A DNA stretch of 39,221 bases from the NCBI RefSeq assembly GCF_001194135.2, contig NC_068982.1:53743221-53782441 (forward strand). Reading direction: 5' to 3'. The DNA comes from Octopus bimaculoides (Eukaryota). The notes beneath the pieces are model-generated. The model searched no databases, was not told where the DNA came from, and saw only the letters and a program-made list of their open reading frames with translations. Shown in pieces: positions 9,873-23,113 of the stretch (its first letter is position 1; the number at the start of each line of letters is the position of its first letter). Made by a program: the position numbers and the translations under genes.

Positions 9873-12800
9873 NNNNNNNNNNNNNNNNNNNNNNNNNNNN
9901 NNNNNNNNNNNNNNNNNNNNNNTTTCAAATTGTATTTATTTCTATTTATTGATCATCATACAGCTATCATGCCTGAACTTTATCCAAATTTGTTTTCTTC
10001 GATGAAAAAGTTCATATTTATTTAATTTATTTGTGAATAACTTAGAGAGAGAGAGAAATAACAAACTCTTCGGACTTATTTTTAGGGCGAAATTCCACCC
10101 GCCTTTTCTGGAAAGCCTTCCACGATCTCAAAAAAAAAGAAAAGAAAAAGTAACTTGATGATGTGAGGGGTGGCTAAGCTTGTTTTGTCTTCTTGCCGTT
10201 TTTTCCCCTTCCTTCTTTCCTATGTGTGTAACTCGTTCGCTCCTTTTCTATAATATTGTGATAATGAGTTCAAAAGTGATCATGTACGAACAGTTTATAT
10301 ATACAGCCCGTTATCATAACTGCTCGATGTTGGCAGCAGGATTTTATTATCCGACTCACAAAAATATGTATCAAAATTGATCTCGTTTAAATAGAAAGAA
10401 ACTAGACAAAACAAAACAAAACAAAAAGGCAACAAAACTTCGCTTGATTACAAATTAAAATATGCAGCACAAAAAAAAAATGATAGAGGAAAAATCCTTC
10501 TCTGTGGCTGCATATTAAAATTCTGATCTCTAGACTACATGTATAAAAATGGTCATATACAAGAAAAAAACAAAGATGATCGAAGTAAAAGATTCCCAAC
10601 GGTTAGTATGTAATTATGTTTAAGTACTAACGCGCATGACTGCTGAAATTAACAATATTCTCACTCTGACACACACACTCACACACCCCTTTTATTACTC
10701 CGTGTATGTAAGCAAAAACATGGGTTGTTCAGCAAGTTGGTAGAAAAGTGTCTTATTAAAACGACTTTTCGTATATAGATTTGTATTTATTTATTCTTAA
10801 GATAAACTTACATGATTAGGTTTTTTTACTTCTCAATTTTCTTTTGATAGTTTCGACCTCGTCTTTTCGATTACTACCGCCAGCCTGTTATTGGGTACCA
10901 AATAGATATTTTCTCAGTTGATGCAATTTACATTATTATACAAATAATAACGGGTTAAGATACACTCCTTCCGACTAAAATACATTAATCACATCATAAA
11001 TAAACATGTATTTTTATTTTAACATCTTGTTCTGCCGATTGTGTATTTCTCTTCAAAATTTCTTTTGTTTAAAATATTGCGAATGTTTCGTAAATTTGTA
11101 GATTTTCGTTCGGAACAAGCACTTATTTTGTTGTTTTCATTTTATATATGGATATTGTTTGCTTTATTGCTTTCTAAAGAACAGTTAGTCTAATAATAAT
11201 AGTATAGTACAATCTGTCTAATCTTCGAAAAACAAAACTGCTTTTTCTGAAACTTTTCGATAATTACAAATGCCAGAAAATGTTCGTAACCAGAATGTTT
11301 AACGCGAGTGTGTGTCAGGGATAGAGAAAGATGTGCGTGTGTGTAAAAGACAACAAATTTGGAGGGAGGCGGGGGCTTAATGTCAGTTGACAGCAACGTA
11401 CTTCCTTGTAACTAATTTAAGGGGGTCAGACCTTGTTATATATATAGTTTTACACTGATTCTACACGAGTTTACCCTTTCAATAGTACAAGTTGTCTGTG
11501 GAATACTCGGCCACTTGCACTAATGTTGTTATATAATTCAATGAGTACGTTCAGTTGTTCGAACAACTGCAGTGCTTTATCATCGAAACTTGACGACTAA
11601 AATACATCGTACATAAACCCCTAAATTGATATTTTAGCAACAGCAATAGTTACTATTGTGATGTGGGAAGCTGTTTGTGTGTGCCTGTGCGTAATTTTCC
11701 AGACCTTGCCTCCTTTCCTTGTGCACACACACAACATAATAAACACACATCTGGAACCGATGGAGGTTGTGATGAAGTAATCAGGCTATATAATAATAAC
11801 TGTGTGTACTAAACATGATTTGAGGTGGGAGGGAAAATTTGTATTAAGAATTTTGTTGAATTTAAATACTTGTTTTTTTTTTTTTTTTTTAAAGTACGTC
11901 AACTAGTTTATATTACGTACTCAACAAATATTGTGTTCTATAAAGGCCATTTGTAAAACAACAGATTTACGACAGATTTTATCAATATGTGAAATACGTG
12001 TTTGTATCTATCTTCACAGCTCATTCCTGTTGAGGTTCTTTATTGGAATCGACGAAATTCTTTCTAAAAATGTGAAGCTTTATGCTTAAATTGGAACCTT
12101 ATTATTGTTAACAGAATTGTTAAACCGTCGGACAAAAATATTTAGAAGCATTTCGACTTATTTTTACGATCTGAGTTCAAACCCCGCCGAAGTTGACATT
12201 TTATCCTTTCGNNNNNNNNNNNNNNNNNNNNNNNNNNNNNNNNNNNNNNNNNNNNNNNNNNNNNNNNNNNNNNNNNNNNNNNNNNNNNNNNNNNNNNNNN
12301 NNNNNNNNNNNNNNNNNNNNNNNNNNNNNNNNNNNNNNNNNNNNNNNNNNNNNNNNNNNNNNNNNNNNNNNNNNNNNNNNNNNNNNNNNNNNNNNNNNNN
12401 NNNNNNNNNNNNNNNNNNNNNNNNNNNNNNNNNNNNNNNNNNNNNNNNNNNNNNNNNNNNNNNNNNNNNNNNNNNNNNNNNNNNNNNNNNNNNNNNNNNN
12501 NNNNNNNNNNNNNNNNNNNNNNNNNNNNNNNNNNNNNNNNNNNNNNNNNNNNNNNNNNNNNNNNNNNNNNNNNNNNNNNNNNNNNNNNNNNNNNNNNNNN
12601 NNNNNNNNNNNNNNNNNNNNNNNATGCCTCACCGAAAGCGAACGCTATCTTATTGCCACACTGGAAACAAAGAAAAAAAATTAAGGAAAGAATAAAAAAA
12701 AAAATCAACCCCCATATTGCTGTAACAATCAACGTGAGTTTTATTTGTTTTATAAAGCATTCGAGTTCTTTTAGCTGCTTTGCCCGATCTCCGGGTGGCG

Positions 12801-14478
12801 GTGGGAGGATGCGATAATCTTAGTTTAGTTATCTCCCTTGGCATTAATAATGTGTGTTTCATATTACCGTGTGTAGAATAGATGTACGACTGCTGCTGAG
12901 TTTTTTTAGAGCCACGTAAAATTGTCTCCCGTCTGCTTCCAGCGTAGTGGTTTTTTTTTTTTTTTAGCTACTACTAAAGTAGTAATTAATTCTGGATATA
13001 CAGAGCAAAATATAGGAGATACGATAAACATAAGCTCAAGTTTATTATATATATATATCCTTTGTTCTTTCGACGTTTCACCGTTGAACTCTTCATTGAA
13101 TGCCTTAACCTCAACAGGTCACCAGAGGGGTGGGCACTATATTTGTTACATTATGTTTATAGCCAAAACGCTAACAAATAAAATGCTTGTATAATATAAA
13201 CTATCTTTCATAAGACGGACTAATTAGATCCTAGATCCTGCGTGTATTCGCATACAACAAACATTCAATTCCTTTTACAAGTACATAGAGATACTTCCAA
13301 GCTAAAAGGAATCCTCGTAAAAGCGTGAATGCTGAAATTCCGTATGAAATATCGTTATCGCGAGATTTTATTTATGTAGTCTTATTATCTCCCTTAGTTT
13401 TCCAGAAAGTTATTTCTACTTGTTTCAGATTAATGTATAAATGCGTATTGTATCGTGTTGTATAAATATACAGTATAGTGTAGTGTGTAATTTATATTAT
13501 GAGAGAGAAATATACATAGGTACAATATAGTCGATGCAAAATCTAACTCCATAGGTTTTTTTTACATATAGTCTCAATGTAAAATGTACGTAATGTTTTT
13601 CTCTATTAAAACTAAAAGATCTTTCTCGATTCGGAGATCTTTTAGAAATTAATCTAGAGATCGTATAATAAGAATAATCTACATTATAATAGAGTTTATA
13701 TTATATAATATAAATTTTTCTATGAGGTTGTACAGGTGGGAAAACTTCTCATGTCATCAGTTTTCCTAGACAATTTAGCTACGATATACCTACACAACCG
13801 TTTTCTCCCCACAAACAACAGTCCAACTTTATTTCCGTCTAACTTTCAGAAAAATGAAATTTCCCATGAAAACGCTTCAGATTGTATGTAAATAGATTCG
13901 AGATTGTACTGGACTTAGCAGGGCGGGGACGGCACTGTATGTATGTGTATGTATGGCCTTGGTTACCTAGTAAAATAATTCATATCATAGTTTGTCTGTC
14001 TTAATTGCCTTTAAATTTTGCATTTTTGAATATTTATTTATTTATTTATATATTTTTTTTATTGCAGTTATTTCACAGAATGAACTCACGCAAGCAATAA
14101 AACAATACGTATATACAAGGACACTTCGTGACAAAATGGAAAGTTGCATCCTGAAAAATTTTCAAGTACAAAGAAGACTATATTTATATATGTATATAAT
14201 ATTAATATCCTGGTTGAGAAACCAGACTGTTCTTTCCACTCTATGGTGCTTTTATGGCAGCACAAAAGTTACTGATGATAACATTAATACATATGTAATT
14301 TTAAAGGCTGCGAAGAGACTATGAAATAAGAAATGTTGGAAGAAAAGGCAAAATTTGTTCAACTCGTATAGCTGGAAAAAACATTCACTCTCCTCCCGCC
14401 TTGCTTGGACGAGTGTGTGATTCCTTTGCAGAGAAACTTGAGAAAAAGCTATTTAAAATAATTGAGTGAAATCATCTG

Positions 14479-14688
14479 TTATCCTCCTCTGGTATTCAGA
14501 TTATTCTGTCGAATATATAATATACTTCAAATCATGTATTAAGGTTCGAGATTTCAGTGATGATCATTTATTTTAAAGAATGACATTGTAGGATTGGTGT
14601 AAATGGCCGGACCTGGCTCATTTGAATGAACACAGGTAGAATAATTTGAGCCAGATATGTCCTGATTCTAAATGCTAAAAAGGGTTAA
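14479..14688. mobile_element. Degenerate piggyBac-type MITE
   Basis: Right end ...aatgctaaaaagggTTAA resembles a piggyBac terminus (CCCTTT TIR plus TTAA target). Left end ttatcc...ggtattcaga is a decayed inverted counterpart. Confidence 0.5.
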
Positions 14689-16405
14689 GGAATCCCAAGT
14701 TGCTTGCATCATTTCCCCTCGCATCCCAGTCTTTTGTGGTTTTTATAAAGATCTCTCTCTACATTGATTTATTAATTTAAAATATTGAACTGGAGGTTTA
14801 GGTTCAAAGAATATATTATATTATTAGATATAGGAGAGTATGAAAGTTTGTCTGTTTTATGTGCATGTGTGTATGTATACAAGTGTGAAATTTTCATTCA
14901 ACTGTTGCATTCCCTTTTTTTTTTATTTTTTAAATGAAATGACAAAAATCAATCACATCATTAAATTTATATTTTTATATTTAAATATCATTCTTATATA
15001 AAAACAATAACTGACAAAAAAAAAAGTTAAGGTAGAAAGAACAATTCAATCTTAATGTGATAATATTTTGCTGTTGCAGAAATCACTTCAGGGAATCAAC
15101 GTATGTTTTTTATACCAATATAATAATAATTAAAATTTAATGGTTTTGTTATGAAGAAAATCTGCAAACATCANNNNNNNNNNNNNNNNNNNNNNNNNNN
15201 NNNNNNNNNNNNNNNNNNNNNNNNNNNNNNNNNNNNNNNNNNNNNNNNNNNNNNNNNNNNNNNNNNNNNNNNNNNNNNNNNNNNNNNNNNNNNNNNNNNN
15301 NNNNNNNNNNNNNNNNNNNNNNNNNNNNNNNNNNNNNNNNNNNNNNNNNNNNNNNNNNNNNNNNNNNNNNNNNNNNNNNNNNNNNNNNNNNNNNNNNNNN
15401 NNNNNNNNNNNNNNNNNNNNNNNNNNNNNNNNNNNNNNNNNNNNNNNNNNNNNNNNNNNNNNNNNNNNNNNNNNNNNNNNNNNNNNNNNNNNNNNNNNNN
15501 NNNNNNNNNNNNNNNNNNNNNNNNNNNNNNNNNNNNNNNNNNNNNNNNNNNNNNNNNNNNNNNNNNNNNNNNNNNNNNNNNNNNNNNNNNNNNNNNNNNN
15601 NNNNNNNNNNNNNNNNNNNNNNNNNNNNNNNNNNNNNNNNNNNNNNNNNNNNNNNNNNNNNNNNNNNNNNNNNNNNNNNNNNNNNNNNNNNNNNNNNNNN
15701 NNNNNNNNNNNNNNNNNNNNNNNNNNNNNNNNNNNNNNNNNNNNNNNNNNNNNNNNNNNNNNNNNNNNNNNNNNNNNNNNNNNNNNNNNNNNNNNNNNNN
15801 NNNNNNNNNNNNNNNNNNNNNNNNNNNNNNNNNNNNNNNNNNNNNNNNNNNNNNNNNNNNNNNNNNNNNNNNNNNNNNNNNNNNNNNNNNNNNNNNNNNN
15901 ATTAACATTAAAAATGAGTTAGAAATAGACAAAAAAAAAATATATTTTTCAATGAATCTAATTAATATATAATACTTATTTATAGATTGAGTATTCTTAA
16001 AAATTCTGTGATAAGGCTTAAGTGATCTCGAGAATCTTATGATCGATCCCATTAAAATTTAAACAGTTGGATCAGTGCGATGTTTGAAAAAGAAAATTGT
16101 GTTTGCATATATTATACATATATATTATATACATGTGTGTGTAATATATATTGTATATATATATATATATAGTGTGTGTGTGTGGTTATGTATATATTAT
16201 TACTGCTGCCAATATGTTTTTGATTTGCTCCATTTCATTAATTAATATGCTCATACAAAAAAAATTCTTTTGGTTTAGATAAATAAATGAATGGATTCTT
16301 TTTGCATTTCTAAATGTGCATAGAATAAAAAGTTGTATCATACAGAGAGAAAAATACGGATTTGCACTGTTTAGGTGTAACAAAAAACCCTTCATAATTT
16401 CTCTT

Positions 16406-16436
<31 letters not shown>

Positions 16437-18275
16437 GCTATGACTTAATAAGTGAACAAGCTTATGTAAAGAAGATAATGACTCGTTTTTCATTAATTAT
16501 ATATATATACAACAAATTTTCATTCAATTAAACAGGTTTTTTTCAGGAGTAGCAAGTTTTTATTTAGATTTAATAACCTTTTTTTTTTTTTTTTTTTTTT
16601 TTTACAAGTGGCATCTTGGCAGCAGTATTTTTTTACATTGTTAGCTTTTAGTAATGGGGGTAAATTATTAAAATAGTTTTAAATATTTTGACAAATGCAA
16701 TTTTTTTATTATATAAAATAATAAATGCTGCTGTTTATTTTTGTTCTTTGAGCCTTACATGTTCAATTTGACTTTATGTGTGAACTCGTGAAGATTTGAT
16801 CTCCATCTTAAGAAAATCTTATGAGCTTTACAAAAAATATGAAAATATATTTTTCTTTGTTGAATTATTTTATTTATGCATGTGAAAAATAATGAACATA
16901 TTTGTACATAATTTATATTTTCAATTTCTCATTTAATGGATAGAAAAAAAAAAAACTCTACAACAGTAAAAATACATACACTTTACTTTCTTTGTCAGTT
17001 ACATCAGAATGTCGAACGAAGCCAAGTTCACAATTTATTGACAAATATTTTTCCCTTTTCTTTTCTTCAAACCTTTTCCTTCCATTTACCTATGAAAAAT
17101 CTTTTCTTGACTTCTTTCTTCCTTCCTTCAAGATATTTTCCTTCATATTTTAAACACACTTGCACAAAAAAATCATCTCTGCATGTGCATACACGTGCAC
17201 ACATGCAAACACACAGACAGACACGCACACGAATGAACGAACACGCATATATACAACACACTAAGCATAATTCAGATGGTGTCATATCCATCTCATTAAG
17301 TGTGTACAAAAATGTCCATAAAATTATTAAATTGAAAAATCTATTTATTTATTTAAAAATATATTGTTAAATTTTTTTTATGTGTAAATTATATTGAAAA
17401 AGTAATTATGAAGAAAATTTGGAAAAGAAACACATTGAATGAAAATGTAATAAATATTATTATATTGTTTAATCTGTTTGTTCTTGTTTGTCTATAACAA
17501 CAATTTTTATAATCCCTATTCCACAGTTATATACCAAGAAGTAAAATTGGTATTTTCTGTGAGTAAAGTTGCCTCGATAAACTTGACTTGACTTTTAATA
17601 ATAATATCTCAAACAAAAATAGTTTCAAACATGATAACATTCTTCATGTTTCTTGCATCATAAAAAGTTTGGTGTATAAAAAAAAAAACTGCTTTATGAA
17701 GTTTGGAGGTTATTGAAATTTTGAATGGATAATAATATATCTGATATGCACAGTAGAAGGGTTTTAAAATGGTTTTTTATTGATTAATTAGTTGCCAAGT
17801 GTGAGGCAGCTTGCTTTTCATCTGACCCTTCCACAAGAATGTTGATTTGTGCCTAGAACTTTTTCTCCAATAAAATGGTCAATTAATTCTCACAAAAAAT
17901 GTTGAGTGCAAAGCACTTCCTCTACACAGTGTGGTTAATATGAGAAAGGCAAGATTATCATTGATTCATCAGTGTTGTTTGGACCTTGGGGAATTGAAGG
18001 GTATAAAATATAGATGTACAGTAATTACTCGCCATGTCGCACCCTCAGTATATCGTGGATATATGTAAATTTATATTGCAGACTCATCATCAGTATATCC
18101 ATGGGTTTCTGAGCTTCGTCTTTCCTTTGCTTCTCTGCTCGTTTGTTGTCACCCTTCCTTTCGTGATAAGTACCTGGCTGGTCCTTGCTAGTCCAGTAGT
18201 AATGCTCGTTCACAGGAAGAATAATTTTTTCTATATAAGCAAGCCATGCAAAAAGCTTAAATTAATTTCCATAAA

Positions 18276-18440
18276 CATCATCGTCGTTTAACGTCCGCTT
18301 TCCATGCTAGCATGGGTTGGACAATTTGACTTGAGGACTGGTGAACCAGATGGCTTACTAGGCTCCCAAACTAATTTGGCAGAGTTTCTACAGCTGGATG
18401 CCCTTCCTAATGCCAACCATTCTGGGAGTGTAGTGGGTGA
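18276..18440 (-). mobile_element. 3' end of a non-LTR retroposon (LINE/SINE tail) with a short (GAT)n-type tail
   Basis: catcatcgtcgtttaacgtccgctttccatgctagcatggg...ggatgcccttcctaatgccaacc resembles a common invertebrate retroposon 3' end (from memory, unverified). Confidence 0.55.
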
Positions 18441-18867
18441 AAAAGTGGAAAACCATTAATAGACTCGAGAGCTGAGGACCTTCATTTGGGGATTTTATTC
18501 CTCACTGCAAGTGGGGAGAGAGGATAACTGCAATTTCTAGAGCTCAACCAAGAAATGAATTGAAGTTAATGAGGAAATAGTTGCAGTAAAACAGCTTAAT
18601 ACAAGATGGAGCAGCTGCTGCTGCAAGGATCATAATTTCTGTTGCAAAACAAGTAGATAGAGCAGTAATTTGTTTCACTTTTAAACATGTCAGTATGAAA
18701 GTTCTTCACCTCCAGAACATGAATGGGGGTACTAATTGCCAGGTCTTGCCAAACAAAATCCTTAAATTACAGAAGTTTGCAAATACTTTCTGTTAATCAA
18801 AAGGTAACTGCAGCCTGTTGGACTTTCTGAATATGGCACACCAAAAAAAGAAAAAAAAACGCTACTT

Positions 18868-18900
<33 letters not shown>

Positions 18901-19638
18901 NNNNNNNNNNNNNNNNNNNNNNNNNNNNNNNNNNNNNNNNNNNNNNNNNNNNNNNNNNNNNNNNNNNNNNNNNNNNNNNNNNNNNNNNNNNNNNNNNNNN
19001 NNNNNNNNNNNNNNNNNNNNNNNNNNNNNNNNNNNNNNNNNNNNNNNNNNNNNNNNNNNNNNNNNNNNNNNNNNNNNNNNNNNNNNNNNNNNNNNNNNNN
19101 NNNNNNNNNNNNNNNNNNNNNNNNNNNNNNNNNNNNNNNNNNNNNNNNNNNNNNNNNNNNNNNNNNNNNNNNNNNNNNNNNNNNNNNNNNNNNNNNNNNN
19201 NNNNNNNNNNNNNNNNNNNNNNNNNNNNNNNNNNNNNNNNNNNNNNNNNNNNNNNNNNNNNNNNNNNNNNNNNNNNNNNNNNNNNNNNNNNNNNNNNNNN
19301 NNNNNNNNNNNNNNNNNNNNNNNNNNNNNNNNNNNNNNNNNNNNNNNNNNNNNNNNNNNNNNNNNNNNNNNNNNNNNNNNNNNNNNNNNNNNNNNNNNNN
19401 NNNNNNNNNNNNNNNNNNNNNNNNNNNNNNNNNNNNNNNNNNNNNNNNNNNNNNNNNNNNNNNNNNNNNNNNNNNNNNNNNNNNNNNNNNNNNNNNNNNN
19501 NNNNNNNNNNNNNNNNNNNNNNNNNNNNNNNNNNNNNNNNNNNNNNNNNNNNNNNNNNNNNNNNNNNNNNNNNNNNNNNNNNNNNNNNNNNNNNNNNNNN
19601 NNNNNNNNNNNNNNNNNNNNNNNNNNNNNNNNNNNNNN

Positions 19639-20863
19639 ACAATAGAAAAATGCTTTGCTTAGTCAAAATATGAGCCATATCTAATGCGTCTCTGCTATCA
19701 ATCAACAAGATTATTTAAGCCTTGTTGGCAAAAAAACTTATTGGCTTTGATGCTAAGAAATTTTTGAAAGCTGGTTCCACCTCTGGTTTGGACCTGAAAG
19801 TTTTATCACTTGAAAACGTGTTTAAATGCTGAAAAAAAATTGTAGTCAGTGGGTGAAAGAGCAGGAGAATAAGGGAGGATGTGGTAAAGTCTCATATCCC
19901 AAGTCTGTGAGTTTCTGCAGTGTCATTCTTACAACATGTAGCTTTGCATTATCATGGAGCAGAATTGGGCCATGCCAATTCACCAATGCAGGGTCTCATT
20001 TTTTTACAAGTGAACATGCATTTCAGCAAGTTGATTGCAGTAAACCTCTGCTAAAATTCCCTGATTGGCTTCCAGAAAGCTGTAATGGACACCAATTGCA
20101 GACCACCAGACAGTCACCGTAATTATTTGCTGATGCAACTTTGGCCTTGAGAAAATGTTTGAGGGACTCATCACGATCAAGCCATTGACCTTGATCGTTT
20201 ACGGTTATCTTAGGATCTCCTTTTCATCACAAGAAAAGGATCATTGGTGTGAAACACCAAGAGCATTGAACACACTTCAAAACACCAAGTTTTTTGATTT
20301 TCATTGAGCTCATGTGGCACCCATTTATCGAGCTTTTCCACCTTTACCAATCTTCTGCAGATTGTATGAGACTGTTGCAATACCGACACCAAGCGCTTCA
20401 GATATATTTCTCTGACATTTTGACATGGGTTTTGTTCAACAATTGCTTTCAATTGTTCATTCATTGTCAAGACTGCATGACTGTCCTCTACCTTCTTCAT
20501 CTTCAAGTCTCTCATCACCATTGTGGAATTTCTGAAACCGCCTTCGTACTGTGTGATCACTTGTGGACCCCTCTCCCCATGCTCTGTTGATGTTGGCAGT
20601 AGTTTGGGAGGCATTGTGCTGAAGCTTGAACTTGTGCAAGAAAAGTAAGTGATGGTCCTTTTTTGTCATGTTCAGTAATTAAGGACACCTATGCTTCAAG
20701 AATGTTTTCTGTCTGAAATAAGTAGAAAATTATTAAAGAGCATGCATCAATTATTAAAACTATGTTGAAATACCCTCAAAATATAATTAAAATACTATGG
20801 TAAAATTGTGTTTCAAAACACAACAATTAAGAGAGCAGCCATTATTTTCGGAACAGCCTAATA
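19639..20863 (-). mobile_element. Near-full-length decayed mariner (D,D34D-type) transposon with frameshifted transposase
   Basis: Minus-strand pieces in the expected order: N-terminal HTH (MTKKDHHLLFLHKFKLQHNASQTTANINRAWGEG...TVRRRFQKF), KLDKWVPHEL, CDEK, LLHDNAKLH, YSPALSPTDY and a terminal GSYFD*. 5' TIR-like TATTAGGCTGTTCCGAAAATAAT at 20841-20863. The other end abuts a gap. Confidence 0.92.
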
Positions 20864-21090
20864 TTTAGAAGCTGGAATGTAAAGAATTTCAGTGCTGAAG
20901 AAAATCAGCATTTCAAGCAGGAAATTAGCTAGAGCATTGAAACGGCCTTAAAAAAGTAATGACAAATCAGTCCTACTACACAATAATAATAAACACTACA
21001 AAATATAAATCTTATACACTGAAGTGACTATAGGAAGTATAAATAAAATGATTTTGACCATAGGAATGATTCATATTGCTGTTCATTAAG

Positions 21091-22135
21091 AAGGCATTGA
21101 GCTGGCAGAATCATTAGCACACTGGGCAAAATGCTTAGCAGCCTTCCATCCATCTTTATGTTCAGGGTTCAAATACCACCAAGATCATCTTTGCCTTTCA
21201 TCCTACTCAAGGGTCAATAAAATAAGTACCAGCTGAGCACTGGGGTTGATATAATCAACTTGCCCTTTCCCTTGAAATGGCTGACCTTGTGCCAAAATTT
21301 GAAACCAAATATTTAATGTTATTAAGGTGGTGAACTGGTAAAATCGATAAGCTTATCAGAAAAAAAAAATGCCTAACAGGCCCTGTTAACACATGTTCTA
21401 ATTTCAAATTCTGCTAATTTCAATTTTGTACTTCATCCCTTCATGGTCAATTCGGGGTTGATTAAAATAAAAGTACCAGTCAAGTCCTGGTTCGAAATAA
21501 TTAACTGGCTCCTTCCCCTCAGAATTATTGACCTTGTGCCAAAATCAGAAAGAGTTTTTATTAATGTTGCTAAGATGGTGGGTGAGCTGGCAGAATCGTT
21601 ACCACATCATGGACACTGAGGTTGATGTAAATTGATTTCCCCATTTCTTTAAAATTGCTGGCCTTGTGCCAAATTCTGAAACCATTATTATTATTGTTGT
21701 TGATGCTGCTAAGGTGGTAAGCTGGCAGAATCGTCATGCAAAAAAATGCTTTGTGGCATTTCATTCATCTTTACATTCCGAGTTCTAATTCCGACAAAAT
21801 CAACTTTGCCTTACATCCTTGTGGGGTTGATAAAATAAGTACCAGTTGAACACCAGAGTTTATATAATTGACTTACTCTTTCCCCCGAAATTGCTGGCCT
21901 TGTGCCAAAATTTGAAACCATTATTGCTGCTGAACTAGGTCAATAGATAGAATCTTCAGAAGACTAGGGGAAAGTGTCTTGCAAGTATTTCTTCTGACTC
22001 TTTTACATTTGAGTTCAAATCCAGTCAAGTTGATTTTTGCTTTTCATCCTTTCAATGTTGATATAAAATGAAGTACACCCCAGATCAGTATTTGGTTTGG
22101 TATAATCAATTAAATCTTTCCCTCAAAATTAGTAA
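21091..22135 (+). mobile_element. Head-to-tail array of five diverged copies of a tRNA-type SINE (family B)
   Basis: Unit aagg..gagctggcagaatcgttag...gttcaaat(t/a)cc...gcctttcatcc...ataagtaccag...ccttgtgccaaaatttgaaacc starts at about 21091, 21324, 21572, 21711 and 21930. Pol III A/B-box-like motifs in the head. Confidence 0.85.
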
Positions 22136-22182
22136 CATTGATCTTATTAAATTAGCAGTAACTATTACTATTATTTTGAAGA

Positions 22183-22460
22183 TATAAGGGCCAACTCAGA
22201 GCAACACTGAAAGCCTCTGGAATTGAGCTTAAATTGTTTGTAACATAAGCCCAAGATTGTACCAAGTGGCTATATTCCATCATCATCAACAAAAAACTTC
22301 AAAACCACCAGAAGTGAAAGACTCGACAAAATCAATCTCGACAATGCCATCAACTCTTCTATGCAAGAATTGGTCTACATAATCATCAATGTTATCACCA
22401 TAAAGGAAGCGTTTAGCAAAGAAGAAACTAAGTTCTCTGATGAGATAAAGCTGACAACGA
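22183..22460 (+). mobile_element. Decayed RTE-clade LINE 3' fragment
   Basis: With frameshifts it reads YKGQLRATLKASGI...AQDCTKW...ERLDK...ARIGLHNHQ, the typical RTE ORF2 C-terminus. Parallels the better-preserved copy at 25318-25655. Confidence 0.65.
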
Positions 22461-23072
22461 ATTATTAGTACTGTTGCTGCTACTAGAACAGAAGTTAACA
22501 AGAGAAAGAATTGGGTGGAACTTGGCCAACAAAGTATCTTGTGATATTTATTTAAATACTTTTATGTTATATCAAGCTGAAGTTAAACTGGCTATCCCTT
22601 CTCTTTCAGAGATTGGTAAAAAAATCAACCCAGGCAAAGAGTGGGAACCTATTTTGGTGGGCCATTTTAGATTAGCTCTCAATAAAATGTGTGGCTTTGT
22701 GCTTCTATATAAGGTATCATCATGACTTATTTATTACTATTACTACTACTGTTACTTACAAGTTTGCTTTTTTTAGTTTATTGGTGAAAACATTATTCTC
22801 GTACTCTCACATGAAACATATTCACATATTAAAAAAGCAAGTACAATCATTTGCGAATATTGACACACATTAACAACCATATAATAAAATATTAATAACA
22901 TAATTAGTTAGCACTAATCGACCGGATATTTAAAAAAAACAAATAATGGAATATGTGTACAAATGAATCTCTTTAAATATGCACTCAGAACCTTGTTGTG
23001 TGTGTGTGTCTGTGTGTGCGTGTGTGTGTGAGTGTGTGTGGTTACTGCATTTAGAAACAATATTATATATTC

Positions 23073-23113
<41 letters not shown>

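Noticed and set aside
14290-14455. Short open frame LRRDYEIRNVGRKGK... after an AG
   Set aside because: No recognisable homology or clear donor; cannot be supported as an exon.
15080-15100. Possible 21-nt micro-exon (ttgcag|...|gtatgt)
   Set aside because: Splice-like signals only. No recognisable peptide or partner exons.
18025-18291. Overlapping ORFs on both strands
   Set aside because: No recognisable domain; short enough to be chance.
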